Of a DNA stretch of 64,000 bases, positions 10,766 through 21,367 are shown one piece after another. Position numbers and translations under genes: made by a program. The notes under the pieces are model-generated. The model did no database searches. It saw only the letters and a program-made list of their open reading frames with translations, and was not told where the DNA came from. Source of the DNA: an uncultured delta proteobacterium (GTDB lineage: Bacteria; Myxococcota_A; Polyangia; Palsa-1104); assembly GCA_963785725.1 (NCBI GenBank), contig CAWAWS010000039.1, positions 672,001 through 736,000 on the forward strand. The letters run 5' to 3'. The stretch's first letter is position 1, and each line of letters starts with the position of its first letter.

Positions 10766-12817
10766 CTAGCCGATCCGCGCCGCCGCGCGCTCGACGAGCG
10801 CGGCCGATTCCGTCAGCTGCACGACCCAGGCGGCGTCGAGCAGCACGCGGGCAATGGCACGCTCGCGATCGTCGTGGGGCGTGCGCGCGCGCTCGGCGAC
10901 GCGGCGCAGGCGGCGTGCGGCTTCGCCGAGCCCGAGGTCGTCGGCGCGTTTGGCCTGCTGCGCGAAGCGATCCCAGTCGCGAAAGGCCGCGGTTCCGGCG
11001 GCGGCGACCGCTTCCAGCGCGCTCCAGGCGTCGGCGAGCAGCCGGCCAATCGCATCTTCCGCGTCCGCGTGCGCTGCGTCCTCGTCTTCGACATCGAAGT
11101 CGTCGGCCGCGGCGGCGTCGGCCACCGCCGGCGTCGCCGTGGGGCTCACGCCGGCGGCGTCGGCAAAGCCGAGGCTGAGCACGCGCTCGCCGGCGATGAC
11201 GCTGACGGGCGCGATCGCCAGCTCCCCGCGGCGCAGCGTCAAGAGGCCGAAGAGGCGCAGCTCGGGCGTCGGCTGCAGCGTCTCCAGCGTCTGCATCGCC
11301 CGCTGATTCTCCGCCGTGTGCTCGAGCACGAGCGCGATCGTGCGCCCGGCCGCGTCGCCGAGCGTCACCGTCAGCTGCTGCGCCAGCGCGTCGAACTGCG
11401 GCGGCTGCCACGTCGCCGGCTGCACGAGCACGCACGTCGCCGCCTCGTCATGCTCGGCCAAGCCCAGCACGAGCCGGCTGCGCGCGCGGTCGACGAGCGC
11501 GTGCCAGTCGGTCGTCGGCGCCGGCAGCTGCGCCGCGCCCGATGGGCCGCTCGTCAGCATCGTCGTCGACGCGCGGCCCGACAGCCGGCCGTTGCGCGCG
11601 CGCCAAGCGCCGCGCAGGCGCACGCGGCTGACGCTGGCGAGCGCCGGCGACTCGCTGCCGCTCCACGGCCCGGGCGCGGTGAAGCGCGCCTGCGGATCGA
11701 AGTCGGGCGTGGCGATCGGTCGCGCTTCGCTCCACGTGTTCCACGCCGCCGACGCGACGTCCCAGAAGTAGACGGTGAGGCCGCGATAGCCGCTGGCCGT
11801 TCGCCACGCTCGCGCGCCCGCGCCGGCCAGCTCGAGGTCGCGCACGCAATCGTAGCGGCTGCGGTGCACGCCGACGGTGGCCGGCATCGGCGTCGCCAGC
11901 GCCCGCGCCAACGTGTGCGCCGTCGCGCAGCGCGTGAGCAGCGCGGCCTCGCTGGCGCGCGCCGACCGCGCCAACCAGGCGGCGATCTCGTCGGCCAGGC
12001 CGCGCAGCACGCGCTCGAGCCGCGGCAGGTCGACGCCGTGCGCCGACGTCGCCAGCGTGCGCAGCCGCTCGCCCATCGCCGGCGCCAAGCGCGACAGGCC
12101 TTGGGCGACGACGTCTTCGCAGGCGCGCGCCGCCGCCAGCCGCACCTCGTCACGCGTGCGCGGCGCTTCGGCCGACGCCGTCAGCTCGACGTCGAGCGGC
12201 GCCGGCTGGCGAACGCCGTGCGCCACCTGCCACGCCAACACGACGGCGACCCGATGTAAACATGTTGATTCGGCGTGGCAGTTGCAGAGCATGCCGCTCG
12301 GGCCGGCGCCGGGCAGCCAGCGGCACTCGACGTTGAGCTCGGCCAGGCGGGCGACGAACACCGGGCCGTCGCTGCATTCGACCTGCAGGCCGGCGGCGAG
12401 CTCACGACCGGCCCGACGCACGAGCGCGCTGCCGGCCCAGCGGCGAATGGCGTCGTCATCGAGCGCGAGGATCTCGGCGCCGGCCAGCGTCGCCGTCGTC
12501 GTCGCTACTGCGGTCGGCGCTGCTTGGCCGGCGACGAAGAGCCACGCCGTCAAGATGTGCCGGCACATGCCGGTGGCGCGACAGTCGCAGCGCGAATCGG
12601 TCGGCCGCTCGCGCAGCTCGACCACGAGGCTCTCGATCGCGACCTGCAGCCCGCAGGCGACTTCACCGCGCAGCACCGGCTGAGCCGCGGCCAAGTCGGC
12701 GCGCGCGCGGCGCACGAGCCCTTTGTTCGCCAGCGCCGTCAGCGCCGCCTCGTCGAGCAGCCGGGCGACGGCGAAGATGCGCTCGGTCAGCGTCAGGAGA
12801 GCACGCGGCCGACCCAT
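10766..12817 (-). CDS. SWIM zinc-finger protein, YehQ-like (start approximate)
   Basis: LTALANKGLVRRA start. Two SWIM motifs, CDCRATGMCRH and CNCHAESTCLH. WRTASGYRGLTVYF. Last gene of the operon. Confidence 0.82.
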   Translation of the reverse strand: MGRPRALLTLTERIFAVARLLDEAALTALANKGLVRRARADLAAAQPVLRGEVACGLQVAIESLVVELRERPTDSRCDCRATGMCRHILTAWLFVAGQAAPTAVATTTATLAGAEILALDDDAIRRWAGSALVRRAGRELAAGLQVECSDGPVFVARLAELNVECRWLPGAGPSGMLCNCHAESTCLHRVAVVLAWQVAHGVRQPAPLDVELTASAEAPRTRDEVRLAAARACEDVVAQGLSRLAPAMGERLRTLATSAHGVDLPRLERVLRGLADEIAAWLARSARASEAALLTRCATAHTLARALATPMPATVGVHRSRYDCVRDLELAGAGARAWRTASGYRGLTVYFWDVASAAWNTWSEARPIATPDFDPQARFTAPGPWSGSESPALASVSRVRLRGAWRARNGRLSGRASTTMLTSGPSGAAQLPAPTTDWHALVDRARSRLVLGLAEHDEAATCVLVQPATWQPPQFDALAQQLTVTLGDAAGRTIALVLEHTAENQRAMQTLETLQPTPELRLFGLLTLRRGELAIAPVSVIAGERVLSLGFADAAGVSPTATPAVADAAAADDFDVEDEDAAHADAEDAIGRLLADAWSALEAVAAAGTAAFRDWDRFAQQAKRADDLGLGEAARRLRRVAERARTPHDDRERAIARVLLDAAWVVQLTESAALVERAAARIG

Positions 12818-13920
12818 TCGGCCAAGTGCTTCGGCGTCATCGCGCCCACGTCGGCGCCGGCGTCGGCGCAGGCTTGGGCGGTGTGGCGGTCGAACATCGG
12901 CGTCGCGCTGGCGTCGAGCGCGGCCAGGCCGAGCACGCGCACGCCCTCGCCGCGCAGCTTGCGCACGGTGCTGACGAGCGGAATCGGCGAGCCGCCCTCG
13001 CAAAAGTCGGTGACGAGGATGATCAGGGTGCGCGACGGCTGCTCGACGAGGCTGGCGCCGGTCGCCAGCGCGCCGGCAATGTTGGTGCCGCCGCCGAGCT
13101 GCACGCTCATGAGCAGCTCCACCGGGTCGTCGACGTCGTGGCTCAGGTCGACGACCGAGGTGTCGAACGCCAAGACGCTCACTTTGACCAGCGGCAGCGC
13201 CGCGAAGATGCCGGCCATGACGGCGCTGTGGATGACGGAGTCGATCATCGAGCCCGAGCAGTCGACGATGAGGATGATGTGCCACGGCAAGTGACGCTGT
13301 ACGCGCGCGCGAAAATACAGATCGTGCGCCAACAGCTTCTTGCGCGTGCGATCCCATGTCGCCAAGTTGGCGCGCACCGTGCGGCGCAGATCGAGGTTGC
13401 GCGCGCTCTTGAAGCGCGTCCGCCGCTGCCGATCGAGCCGGCCGGACAGGACCGTCTTCAGCTCGGTCTCCAACGTGCGGCGCAGCTCGTCGACGGTCTG
13501 GCGAACGATCTTGCGCGCGACCTCCAAGACCGCGCCCTTCATCATGCCTTTGAAGGTCAACACCGCCTTCAACAGCTCGTAGCTGGGCTCGAGCTTGGCC
13601 AGCGTCTCGGCGTCGGTCACGAGCTCGGTCATGCCGTAGCGCTCGAGGGCGTGGCGCGTGATGACTTCGCAGCTGTCCTCGGGAAACAGCTCGCGCACGT
13701 CACGAATCCAGGCCGGTATCGTCAGGACCGAGCCGCCCGAGCCGCCTTCGCTCGGCGCTTGGCGCACGCCGCGGCGGCCGTATTCGCGGCCGTACAAATA
13801 GTCGAGCGCGCGGTCCATCTTGGCGTAACCCTCGTGTCCGCCGAGCGCGCCCTGCAAGTTGTCCTCGGCGAACTGGCCGAGGACGAGGCGCCAGCGCGCG
13901 AGCGTGAGCGCGTCAGCCAT
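12793..13920 (-). CDS. vWA domain protein (CoxE/YehP-like)
   Basis: RWRLVLG N-terminus, MIDAS motif DCSGS, VQLGGGTNI, VTDFCEG. Confidence 0.9.
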   Translation of the reverse strand: MADALTLARWRLVLGQFAEDNLQGALGGHEGYAKMDRALDYLYGREYGRRGVRQAPSEGGSGGSVLTIPAWIRDVRELFPEDSCEVITRHALERYGMTELVTDAETLAKLEPSYELLKAVLTFKGMMKGAVLEVARKIVRQTVDELRRTLETELKTVLSGRLDRQRRTRFKSARNLDLRRTVRANLATWDRTRKKLLAHDLYFRARVQRHLPWHIILIVDCSGSMIDSVIHSAVMAGIFAALPLVKVSVLAFDTSVVDLSHDVDDPVELLMSVQLGGGTNIAGALATGASLVEQPSRTLIILVTDFCEGGSPIPLVSTVRKLRGEGVRVLGLAALDASATPMFDRHTAQACADAGADVGAMTPKHLAEWVGRVLS

Positions 13921-16348
13921 CGCCGTTGCCGGCGCCGGCGCCGTCGCCATCGCCCTCGAGTGTTCCGCCGTCGCGGCGCAGCACGTCGGCGACGAGCGCG
14001 TCGGCGCGCGCGCCGAGCAGCAGATCGGCCGCGCTCGCTCGCGTCATGCGCAGCGACGGCAGCTGCGCCACGCCGCAGCGCACGGCGGCGGCGGCGGCGA
14101 CGCGATCGCACTCGCGCGGCGTCAAGTCGGCAAAAGCCAGCCGCAAGTGCGGCAGCGCGGCCAAGAACGCCGGCTCGGGCAGGCCGGCGAGCGCGCCGTG
14201 CAGCGCGTCGACGAGCGACGCCTCCTGCCAACAGGCGCTGCGGGCGGCGCGCAAGACGCCGCGCAAGAAGCGCGCGCCGTGCGTGGCGTCGCTCGTGGCG
14301 GCGCCCAAGTAGCCGCCGAGGCGCCGGCCCAGCTCGTCGCCGCCGATGACGCCGTCGTCGTAGAGCAGACCGAACGCGCAGCCGAGGAGGGTCGGGTTGG
14401 CGTCGCCGCCGGCGCCCAAGAGCGCGCGCAAGCTCTCGGTGCGCTGCATGGCCGCGAGCTCGCGATCGGGCAGCGCCGCCGACAGCGCCGTCCAGGTGCA
14501 CAGGCTGTCGAGCACGGTCGTCTCCTGCTCTTCCGGCGTCGTCCCGAGCTGGGTCACGAGCAGCGCCGCGCGCTCCCAGGCTTGCCGCACGAGCGGCAAA
14601 AGGCCGGTCAGCTGCTGCGCCTCCAGCGGCTCGCGGGAAATGCGCAGCAGATCGAGGTCCACGGCCGCGGCGACGACGGAGCTGAAGTCGGGATCGGCGC
14701 CGACGAGCGCCGCCGTGCGCGTCACCAAGAGCGCCGCGTGGTCGTGCAGCCCGGCGCGACAGGCCTCGAGCACCAGCCGCGCCGCGACGTCGGCGCGCCG
14801 GCCCGACTGCTCGGCCGCGGCGAAGCGCTCGCTGACGATGGCCGCCGCCGCCTCTTCGATCGTCGCGCCGAAGCGTGACTGCTCGACGAGCTGCGCCTCG
14901 GTCGCCGGACGCCAGTGATAACGCCACACCTCGTTGACGCGATCGAGATCTTTGCCGGCGACATAATCGGGACCGCGCAGCCACTCGGCGAACGGAATCT
15001 CCAAGAGGCGCAGCCGATGAAAGAAGCGACTCTTGCCGCGATGCGCCGCCGAACGATAGAGATCGAGCGTCGCCTCGTGATCGCGATCGACGTCGAGGCT
15101 CAGCTTCTCGGCGCGCACGATGCGATCGAAGTCGACGACGAGCGCCGGCCGGCCGACGTCGGGCGCGACCTCGCCCACGCGATCGCCGGCCAAGAGCTTG
15201 TGCGCGGCGGCGAGCACGGTCACGCCCTCGATGTCGGCGGCGCCTTTGACGTAGAGCGAGCGCACGGCGTCGAGCACGTCTTCGCGCGTCGGCGTCGCGT
15301 GGTCGCGAAAGCGCGCCAGCCGCTGCAGCTGCTCGGCGGCCGCCGTCACGTCCGCCGTCGAGGGCACGGCGTCGCGCCGGCGCAGCAGGCGCGCGAGCTC
15401 GGCCAACAGCTCGCTCACGTCGCGCGCTTCCCACGACCGCTGATAGAACTCGGGCGCCGGCATGCCGCTGGCGTAGCCGTTGAGCCGATCGAGCTGCTGA
15501 AAGCCGTAGCGAATGAGCGTCACCGCCGCGTCGTCGGGCTTGGCCAGCTTGACCGCTCTCGGCCGCTGGGCCGGCGTCGTCGGCAGCGCCACCGAGTGAA
15601 AGCCGCCGGTGACGACGACGACGCGCCCGCCCGCGGCCGCGGCCACGGCGTCGCCGATCTCCGCGCTCATCGCCGCCTCGCGGACGTCGTGCGCCTCGGC
15701 CGCGATCATCTCCGGCGTGTGATCGTGCCGCGTCAACGCGCACCACACGAGCACCTCGTGAAAGAACGTCGCCGAATCCTTGCGGCGAAAATCGTGCTCG
15801 AACAGGCAGTCCCACAGATCGTCGGGATCGCGCGCGCCGGCACGCTCACAAGCCGCGCGCAAGAGCCGGCTGTGGCGCAAGTAGGCTTCGTTCTGCAGGC
15901 TCGTGATCGGTGGCCGCGCGTCGGCTTCGTCGGCCGTGGCGTGGCGCGCCTCGGCGACCAGCAGCTCGGCGAACGTCAGATCGATGAAGCGCGCCTCGGC
16001 GCCGACCGCCGCCGCCGCCCGCAGCGCGACCAGCTCCGGCGAGTAGTCACACAGCGGATAATAGGAGCCGAAGTGGCGCGGCTGCCCCTCGCCGCTGCGA
16101 TCGATGAACGTCGTGTAGAGCGCGATCGGCGGCCGCGTCCGCGCATCGGCGAGGTGGCGAATGAGCGCATTGGCGTCGCGCGGCCCCTCGATGAGCACGA
16201 ACGTCGGCTGCAGCTCGGCAATGACGCGCTCGACGTGAAACGCGCACGCCGGGCTGTGATGGCGCACCGGCAAATACACCACCTGCGCCGCCGCGTCCGG
16301 CCGCGCGACGTCGGGAAACTGCAGCGCCGCCGCGACGGCGTCGTTCAC
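13913..16348 (-). CDS. DUF5682 family protein (YehM-like)
   Basis: PVRHHSPACA, VLIEGP, YPLCDYSPE, VVVTGGFH and GYASGMPAPEFY motifs. GTG start overlaps the AAA gene stop. Confidence 0.87.
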   Translation of the reverse strand: MNDAVAAALQFPDVARPDAAAQVVYLPVRHHSPACAFHVERVIAELQPTFVLIEGPRDANALIRHLADARTRPPIALYTTFIDRSGEGQPRHFGSYYPLCDYSPELVALRAAAAVGAEARFIDLTFAELLVAEARHATADEADARPPITSLQNEAYLRHSRLLRAACERAGARDPDDLWDCLFEHDFRRKDSATFFHEVLVWCALTRHDHTPEMIAAEAHDVREAAMSAEIGDAVAAAAGGRVVVVTGGFHSVALPTTPAQRPRAVKLAKPDDAAVTLIRYGFQQLDRLNGYASGMPAPEFYQRSWEARDVSELLAELARLLRRRDAVPSTADVTAAAEQLQRLARFRDHATPTREDVLDAVRSLYVKGAADIEGVTVLAAAHKLLAGDRVGEVAPDVGRPALVVDFDRIVRAEKLSLDVDRDHEATLDLYRSAAHRGKSRFFHRLRLLEIPFAEWLRGPDYVAGKDLDRVNEVWRYHWRPATEAQLVEQSRFGATIEEAAAAIVSERFAAAEQSGRRADVAARLVLEACRAGLHDHAALLVTRTAALVGADPDFSSVVAAAVDLDLLRISREPLEAQQLTGLLPLVRQAWERAALLVTQLGTTPEEQETTVLDSLCTWTALSAALPDRELAAMQRTESLRALLGAGGDANPTLLGCAFGLLYDDGVIGGDELGRRLGGYLGAATSDATHGARFLRGVLRAARSACWQEASLVDALHGALAGLPEPAFLAALPHLRLAFADLTPRECDRVAAAAAVRCGVAQLPSLRMTRASAADLLLGARADALVADVLRRDGGTLEGDGDGAGAGNGDG

Positions 16349-17514
16349 CCCGGCAGCTCCGGCTTGGCCGCCGCCAGCTCCGCCCACAGCTGCCGCTTGT
16401 CCTTGCCCGCCTTGTCGTCTTTGGCCCGCTTCGCCACGACGACATTGAAGTACTGCTTGAGCTTCTGCAGGTCGTCTTTGCTGTCCTTCAAGACGGCGCC
16501 CGCCAGATGCCGACCGATCTCGCGCGGCGACAGCCGTTTATTGCCGTAATAGAAGGCGTCCAGGCCGGCGCTCATCGCCACCGCCACCGCCTCCGCCGTC
16601 GACATCACCGTCGTCGGCCGCTCGACCGCCGTGCCTTCCGCGGTCGTGCCCGTGCGCAGATCTTGGAACGCCGTCACCAACAGCTCGATGACGTCGCGCT
16701 CGACGATCGCCGGCGCCGCCGACTCCGCCAGCAGCCGCTCGACCTCGCTGCGCACCAGCTCCACCTCCGCGTGCAGATCGGCGATCGGATGCACCGTCTC
16801 GAAGTTGAAGCGCCGCTTGAGCGCGCTCGACATCTCGTGCACGCCCCGATCGCGAATGTTGGCCGTGGCGATGACGTTGAACCCCGGCCGCGCGAACAGG
16901 ATGCGCTCCTCGCCGTCGAGCTCGGGGATGGTCATCACCTTCTCCGACAGGATGCTGACGAGGCTGTCTTGCACCTCGGCCGGGCAGCGCGTCACCTCTT
17001 CGAAGCGCGCCAAAATCCCCGCCTTCATCGCCACGTGCAGCGGTGACGGCACGAGCGCGCGCGGCGTCGGACCATCGGCCAAGAGCAGCGCGTAGTTCCA
17101 CGAATAGCGAATCTGATCTTCGGTCGTCGCCGCCGTTCCTTGCACGACGTTGAGCGATGTCCCCGAGATCGCCGCCGCCAAAAGCTCCGACAGCAGGCTC
17201 TTGGCCGTGCCCGGCTCGCCGACGAGGATGAGCGCGCGATTGGACGCGAGGCCAATCGCCGCGCGCTCGACCAGCTGATCGTCGCCGTGAAACTTGCGCC
17301 CGATCGCGGTCTCGCGTGGCTGGCCTTGCCACGCGTGGTGCAGGCGCTGGCCCTTGCCGCCGCAGATGAACGTGACCACGGCGCGCGGCGACAGCTTCCA
17401 GCCCGGCGGACGGCTGCCTGCGTCGTTCGCCGCCAGCGCCGCCAGCTCCTCGGCGTAGCGATCTTCCGCCGGCCGCCGCAAGATCGCAGCATGCGTATAT
17501 AATGATGTTGTCAT
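16345..17514 (-). CDS. MoxR-like AAA+ ATPase (YehL-like)
   Basis: Walker A GEPGTAKS, Walker B RFEE, ATANIRDRGVHEMSSALKRRF. ATG 17514 overlaps the upstream stop (ATGA). Confidence 0.92.
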   Translation of the reverse strand: MTTSLYTHAAILRRPAEDRYAEELAALAANDAGSRPPGWKLSPRAVVTFICGGKGQRLHHAWQGQPRETAIGRKFHGDDQLVERAAIGLASNRALILVGEPGTAKSLLSELLAAAISGTSLNVVQGTAATTEDQIRYSWNYALLLADGPTPRALVPSPLHVAMKAGILARFEEVTRCPAEVQDSLVSILSEKVMTIPELDGEERILFARPGFNVIATANIRDRGVHEMSSALKRRFNFETVHPIADLHAEVELVRSEVERLLAESAAPAIVERDVIELLVTAFQDLRTGTTAEGTAVERPTTVMSTAEAVAVAMSAGLDAFYYGNKRLSPREIGRHLAGAVLKDSKDDLQKLKQYFNVVVAKRAKDDKAGKDKRQLWAELAAAKPELPG

Positions 17515-20500
17515 GGCTGGATCTTCTTCTCCCACTCGGCGTCGAAGCCGGGACCTTCGGCGGCGATCTCGCGCACGTCGTTCCAGCACTCGCTGACGAG
17601 CACCGCCGGCACCTCGGCCAGCGAGCCGACGGCGGCGGCGCCGGCGGCGTGGTCGGGGCTGGTGCGCTCGAACGTCAGCTCGGCGAGCGCGACGGTGCGG
17701 CTCTCCTCCGGCAGCGAGTTGCCGCTGAAGTGAATCTCGGCGGCGATGCCCGCGCCCGGGAAATAGCGGCGATAAAGGAAGAACCAGCCGCCATCCTCGG
17801 CCGGACCGCGCGTGTAGCCGCGCTTGGTCGCTCGCCCGCGCAGCTTCAGCGACTCGACGAGATGGCCGTGAAAGTCCGTGATTGTCGGCTCCGTCCGCTG
17901 CGTGTCCGACAAGCGAAACGGCTTGCGGCCCAGCTGATCGAACAGCGGCTCGACCTCGTAGTCTTCCAGATGCTTCAGCCAGGCGGCGATGTGCGGCTCG
18001 CTCAGGAACAGCGGATGCGCGACGCCGATGCGCTCGTCGGGCGCGAGCGTCACCGCGGCGTCGTCGGGGCCGGTCAGCGTGCCGTCGCCGAGCGGGCGAA
18101 ACGAGCGCGCCTCCGCCGTCTCGGCTTGCGGTTTCGGCAGGACCATCCACACCACGCGCTGCGCCAGGCGGCCGACGATGGGATGGCCGGCGACATAGGT
18201 CTGCCAGTCGGCGAAGGGCCAGCTCCGCTGCACGCACATCGCCTCGTACAGCCGCTCTTCCTGCTGCTTGACGACCGTCTTGACCTGCTTCTTCGCCGTC
18301 GCGAACAGCTGCTTGGCTTCGGCGGCCAGCGTCGCGTCGTCGTCGGCGCGCGGCTCGGGCAAGCCGGCGATGGTCTTGCCCTCGCTGTTTTGCAGCGTCA
18401 GCTTCAGCGCGTCGTCGAGGCGGGCGGCGAATTGGCGCGGGCCGAAGTCGAGCACGAGCCGGCCGCTGTCGTCGATCCCCGCCGACGGCACCGTGCGGTC
18501 GGCCAGCTCGTCGATGGTCCAGCCGCGCCGCTGGGCCACTTCGTGCACGCACTCTTCGGCCAGCTTGCGAATCCCCGGCGTCCGAAAGCGCGTCGCCGTC
18601 GCCAACAGCACCTGAATCGCCGACGGATGATCGATCCACGACAGCATCTGCAGGAGCGCCTTGCACTGCGCGGCGCGCATGCCGTACCAGTCCTTGAGAT
18701 AGCGCGACACGAGCGGCGCCGCGGCCTCGCCGGCCATCGCCGCGGCGATGGCGAGCAGCCCTTTGTGCGCGATCGCCGAGCCCTTCGGCTGCGTCAAGAA
18801 GTGCGCGACCGGGATCGGCCACGAGGCCGCCGCCGCCTTGGCCTGCGCCTCGGCTTCGGTCGGCAACGCCGTGTCCTCGGCGATGAACGCTTCCAGCGCC
18901 AGCTTGCCCAGCGCCGCCGCCTCGTCGCTCACGAGCTGCGCCGCGTAACGGCGCAACAGCGGACCCGGCTCGGGCGTGCCCAGCTTGTTCGCCTGCACGA
19001 GCCACCAGCGCACGATCGTCTCGTCGACCGCTTGCCCATCGTCGGCCCAATGCAGCGTCTCGACGCGCGTGAACGGAAACCACGCCAGCGCCTCGGGCGT
19101 GCCTTTGGCCAGCCCCTTTTGCGCCTCTTTGCCGAGGCCGGGACGATCGAGGAACTCGTCGAGCGAGACGCCGAGCCGCTCCAGCGCCTCCATCATCGCC
19201 GCTTTGCCGCGCTCTTTTTTCTCCTTCTTCAACGCCGTCTTCAACGCGGCGATGGCCGTGCGCTCGCGACGATCGGCGAGCCACTCCGCGGCCGCTTCGC
19301 GCACGGCTTGGCTCGGATCGGCGAGCGCGGCCACGATGCGCGCGCCGGCGCCGTCGAGACCGCCGATGGCCTGTTGCGCCAGCGGCCGCTCCGTCTTCGA
19401 TCCGCCGAGCGCGATCTCCCACAGCGCCGGGTGCAGCGCGGCCGGCGCGTAGGCCGCTTGCGCCACCAGCTCAAGCGCGTGCGACCGCGCGTAGCCGGAA
19501 TAATAGGGCGGCGTCCCCGACAGCGCCGGCCGCTGACCGAGCGCCGCCTCCAGCACTTCGGGATGCGCGTCGAAGAAGGGCTGCAGCTCGGCCGCGGTCC
19601 AGCCGCGCGGGCGCTCGTAAGCGTAAATGAGGTCCTTGCCGATCGAGATCGGCGCCACACCGACCGCCTCGGCCTCCGTCGCCACGTCGAGCAGCGTGAA
19701 GGCCGCGCCGCCTTGCGCGCGCTGATAGACTTTGACGACGTCGAACAGCCCGTTGACCCACTGCAAGTGCGGATCGCGGTCGTCGTTGCGCAGCATGCCG
19801 AGCAGACCGGCGAGCCGAACGGCGTGGCCGAGGCGGAAATCGGGCCGCGCCAAGATCGGCTTGAACGACGTGTGCCAGGTGAAGCCGAAGCCCATGATCG
19901 CCGGCTTCCAGCGCATGTGCTTGAACTGCGCGATCTCCAGCGTCGGCGCTTGCAGCAGCTGGAGCCACTCGTCGATCGCGGCGTCCGTCGGCGGCTGCGG
20001 CTGCATCGTCGGATACTTCTCGGTGATCGTGGCATGCCACGCGTTCGCCAGCCCGCGCAGAACGTCCCGCACGTCGGCGCCAAGCGGCGGCAGCGGCCGC
20101 GTCGACGACGTGAACGGCGCGGGCGTCGTCGTCGTCGTGGTCGCGTTGACCGCCGGCGCCGCAGCCGCGACGACGACGGGCGCGACCGGCTTCGACGCCG
20201 CGACGGGCTGCAGCAGCACGCCGTCGAGCGTCGCCAGCACGTCGGCGGCGGTCTCGACCGCGCGCCGCGCTTCCAAGAACGCGCGCTCGCCGGCGCCGCC
20301 GAAGCGCCAGACGAGCCCGATGGCGCGCGACCGCTGCGCCGGCGTGCCGTCGGCGACGAGCGCGCGAAAGGTCGGCATGAGCTCGGCCGCGGCCGTCGAC
20401 AGCCAGGCGTCGGCGGCGACGCGCGCCGAATGCGCCGACTCCGGCGCCGCCAGAATGTCGACGAATGGCACCGGCGACGCGCCGTCCGCCGCCAGCCTTT

Positions 20501-21194
20501 CGATCGCGTGCGCGCGACTGCCGGCGGCCGATTGCGTCAGCGCCTCGCGCACGACCGCCGGATGCCGCGCCGCCGCCTCGGGCAGCCCGGGAATCGTCAG
20601 GAACTTGAGGTGGCGCGTCTCATCCCGCACGAACAGCGACAGGCGGAGCACGCGATCGGGCGGCTCGTTCGCGGCCGTGAGGATCGCCTCCAGCTGCGCG
20701 TGCGACAGCAGCTGCTCCTGCCGCCCGCCGTAGGCGCTCATCGATCCCGTCCACGCTTCGTAGAGCAGGATCTCGAGCCACGGCGGCAGGCCGACTGCCG
20801 TCAGTGACAGCCAGCGCTGCCGCAGGCGCGAGGCCGCTTCGTAGACCTTACCGAGCCGGACGTAGAAGCGCGGATCGGCGACCGGCGTCTTCAGGATGTC
20901 GGCGTGGCGCAAGCCGTCGTGATGGCGGCAGACCCTGAGGTCGAGCGACGCGCCGAAGTCGGGCTTGCTGGCCAAGAGGTCGAGCACCGCTTCGTCTTCG
21001 CCGGACAGCACGTAGCGCAGCGCGCGCTCGGTCGTGCCGGCGGCGATCGCGTCGAAGCCGGCCAGATCGGCCGCCAGCGCCGCCAGCTGCGGCTCGGGCA
21101 GCGCGATCGCCGGCGCTCCGCCCGTCGCCGCCGCGCCGGTGTCATCCGCCGTCGCCGTCGCGCGGCCCCCGAAGATTTTACGCAACCAGCTCAT
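17511..21194 (-). CDS. DUF4132 domain protein (YehI/MolR-like)
   Basis: C-terminal ELADRTVPSAG...LDFGPRQF...LYEAMCVQRSW...HPIVGRLAQRVVW...LVSECWND, typical of DUF4132. Confidence 0.85.
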   Translation of the reverse strand: MSWLRKIFGGRATATADDTGAAATGGAPAIALPEPQLAALAADLAGFDAIAAGTTERALRYVLSGEDEAVLDLLASKPDFGASLDLRVCRHHDGLRHADILKTPVADPRFYVRLGKVYEAASRLRQRWLSLTAVGLPPWLEILLYEAWTGSMSAYGGRQEQLLSHAQLEAILTAANEPPDRVLRLSLFVRDETRHLKFLTIPGLPEAAARHPAVVREALTQSAAGSRAHAIERLAADGASPVPFVDILAAPESAHSARVAADAWLSTAAAELMPTFRALVADGTPAQRSRAIGLVWRFGGAGERAFLEARRAVETAADVLATLDGVLLQPVAASKPVAPVVVAAAAPAVNATTTTTTPAPFTSSTRPLPPLGADVRDVLRGLANAWHATITEKYPTMQPQPPTDAAIDEWLQLLQAPTLEIAQFKHMRWKPAIMGFGFTWHTSFKPILARPDFRLGHAVRLAGLLGMLRNDDRDPHLQWVNGLFDVVKVYQRAQGGAAFTLLDVATEAEAVGVAPISIGKDLIYAYERPRGWTAAELQPFFDAHPEVLEAALGQRPALSGTPPYYSGYARSHALELVAQAAYAPAALHPALWEIALGGSKTERPLAQQAIGGLDGAGARIVAALADPSQAVREAAAEWLADRRERTAIAALKTALKKEKKERGKAAMMEALERLGVSLDEFLDRPGLGKEAQKGLAKGTPEALAWFPFTRVETLHWADDGQAVDETIVRWWLVQANKLGTPEPGPLLRRYAAQLVSDEAAALGKLALEAFIAEDTALPTEAEAQAKAAAASWPIPVAHFLTQPKGSAIAHKGLLAIAAAMAGEAAAPLVSRYLKDWYGMRAAQCKALLQMLSWIDHPSAIQVLLATATRFRTPGIRKLAEECVHEVAQRRGWTIDELADRTVPSAGIDDSGRLVLDFGPRQFAARLDDALKLTLQNSEGKTIAGLPEPRADDDATLAAEAKQLFATAKKQVKTVVKQQEERLYEAMCVQRSWPFADWQTYVAGHPIVGRLAQRVVWMVLPKPQAETAEARSFRPLGDGTLTGPDDAAVTLAPDERIGVAHPLFLSEPHIAAWLKHLEDYEVEPLFDQLGRKPFRLSDTQRTEPTITDFHGHLVESLKLRGRATKRGYTRGPAEDGGWFFLYRRYFPGAGIAAEIHFSGNSLPEESRTVALAELTFERTSPDHAAGAAAVGSLAEVPAVLVSECWNDVREIAAEGPGFDAEWEKKIQP

Positions 21195-21367
21195 GTATCC
21201 TCGCCGTTCGTTGTACGCGACGCCGTCCAGCCGTGAGCGGCGAGTATAGACGGCGTCGCTGGGATTGGGCGGCTCGCGTGCGCGCCCGAGCGGTAAATCA
21301 CACGCTGAAACACGATCTAGTCGCGGAGGCGACGCGCCATGGCAGCGGTTTCGCCCGCGACCCGACG

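Noticed and set aside
17515..19422. Apparent long N-terminal extension of the AAA ATPase ORF
   Set aside because: Off-frame read-through of the DUF4132 gene. The real start is ATG 17514, coupled by ATGA.
17502..20807. 1101-aa plus-strand ORF and many other long antisense or alternate-frame ORFs (e.g. 42996-45464, 5517-7424, 21749-23362)
   Set aside because: Shadow ORFs of high-GC genes. They are Arg/Ala-rich, have no motifs and fully overlap well-supported genes.
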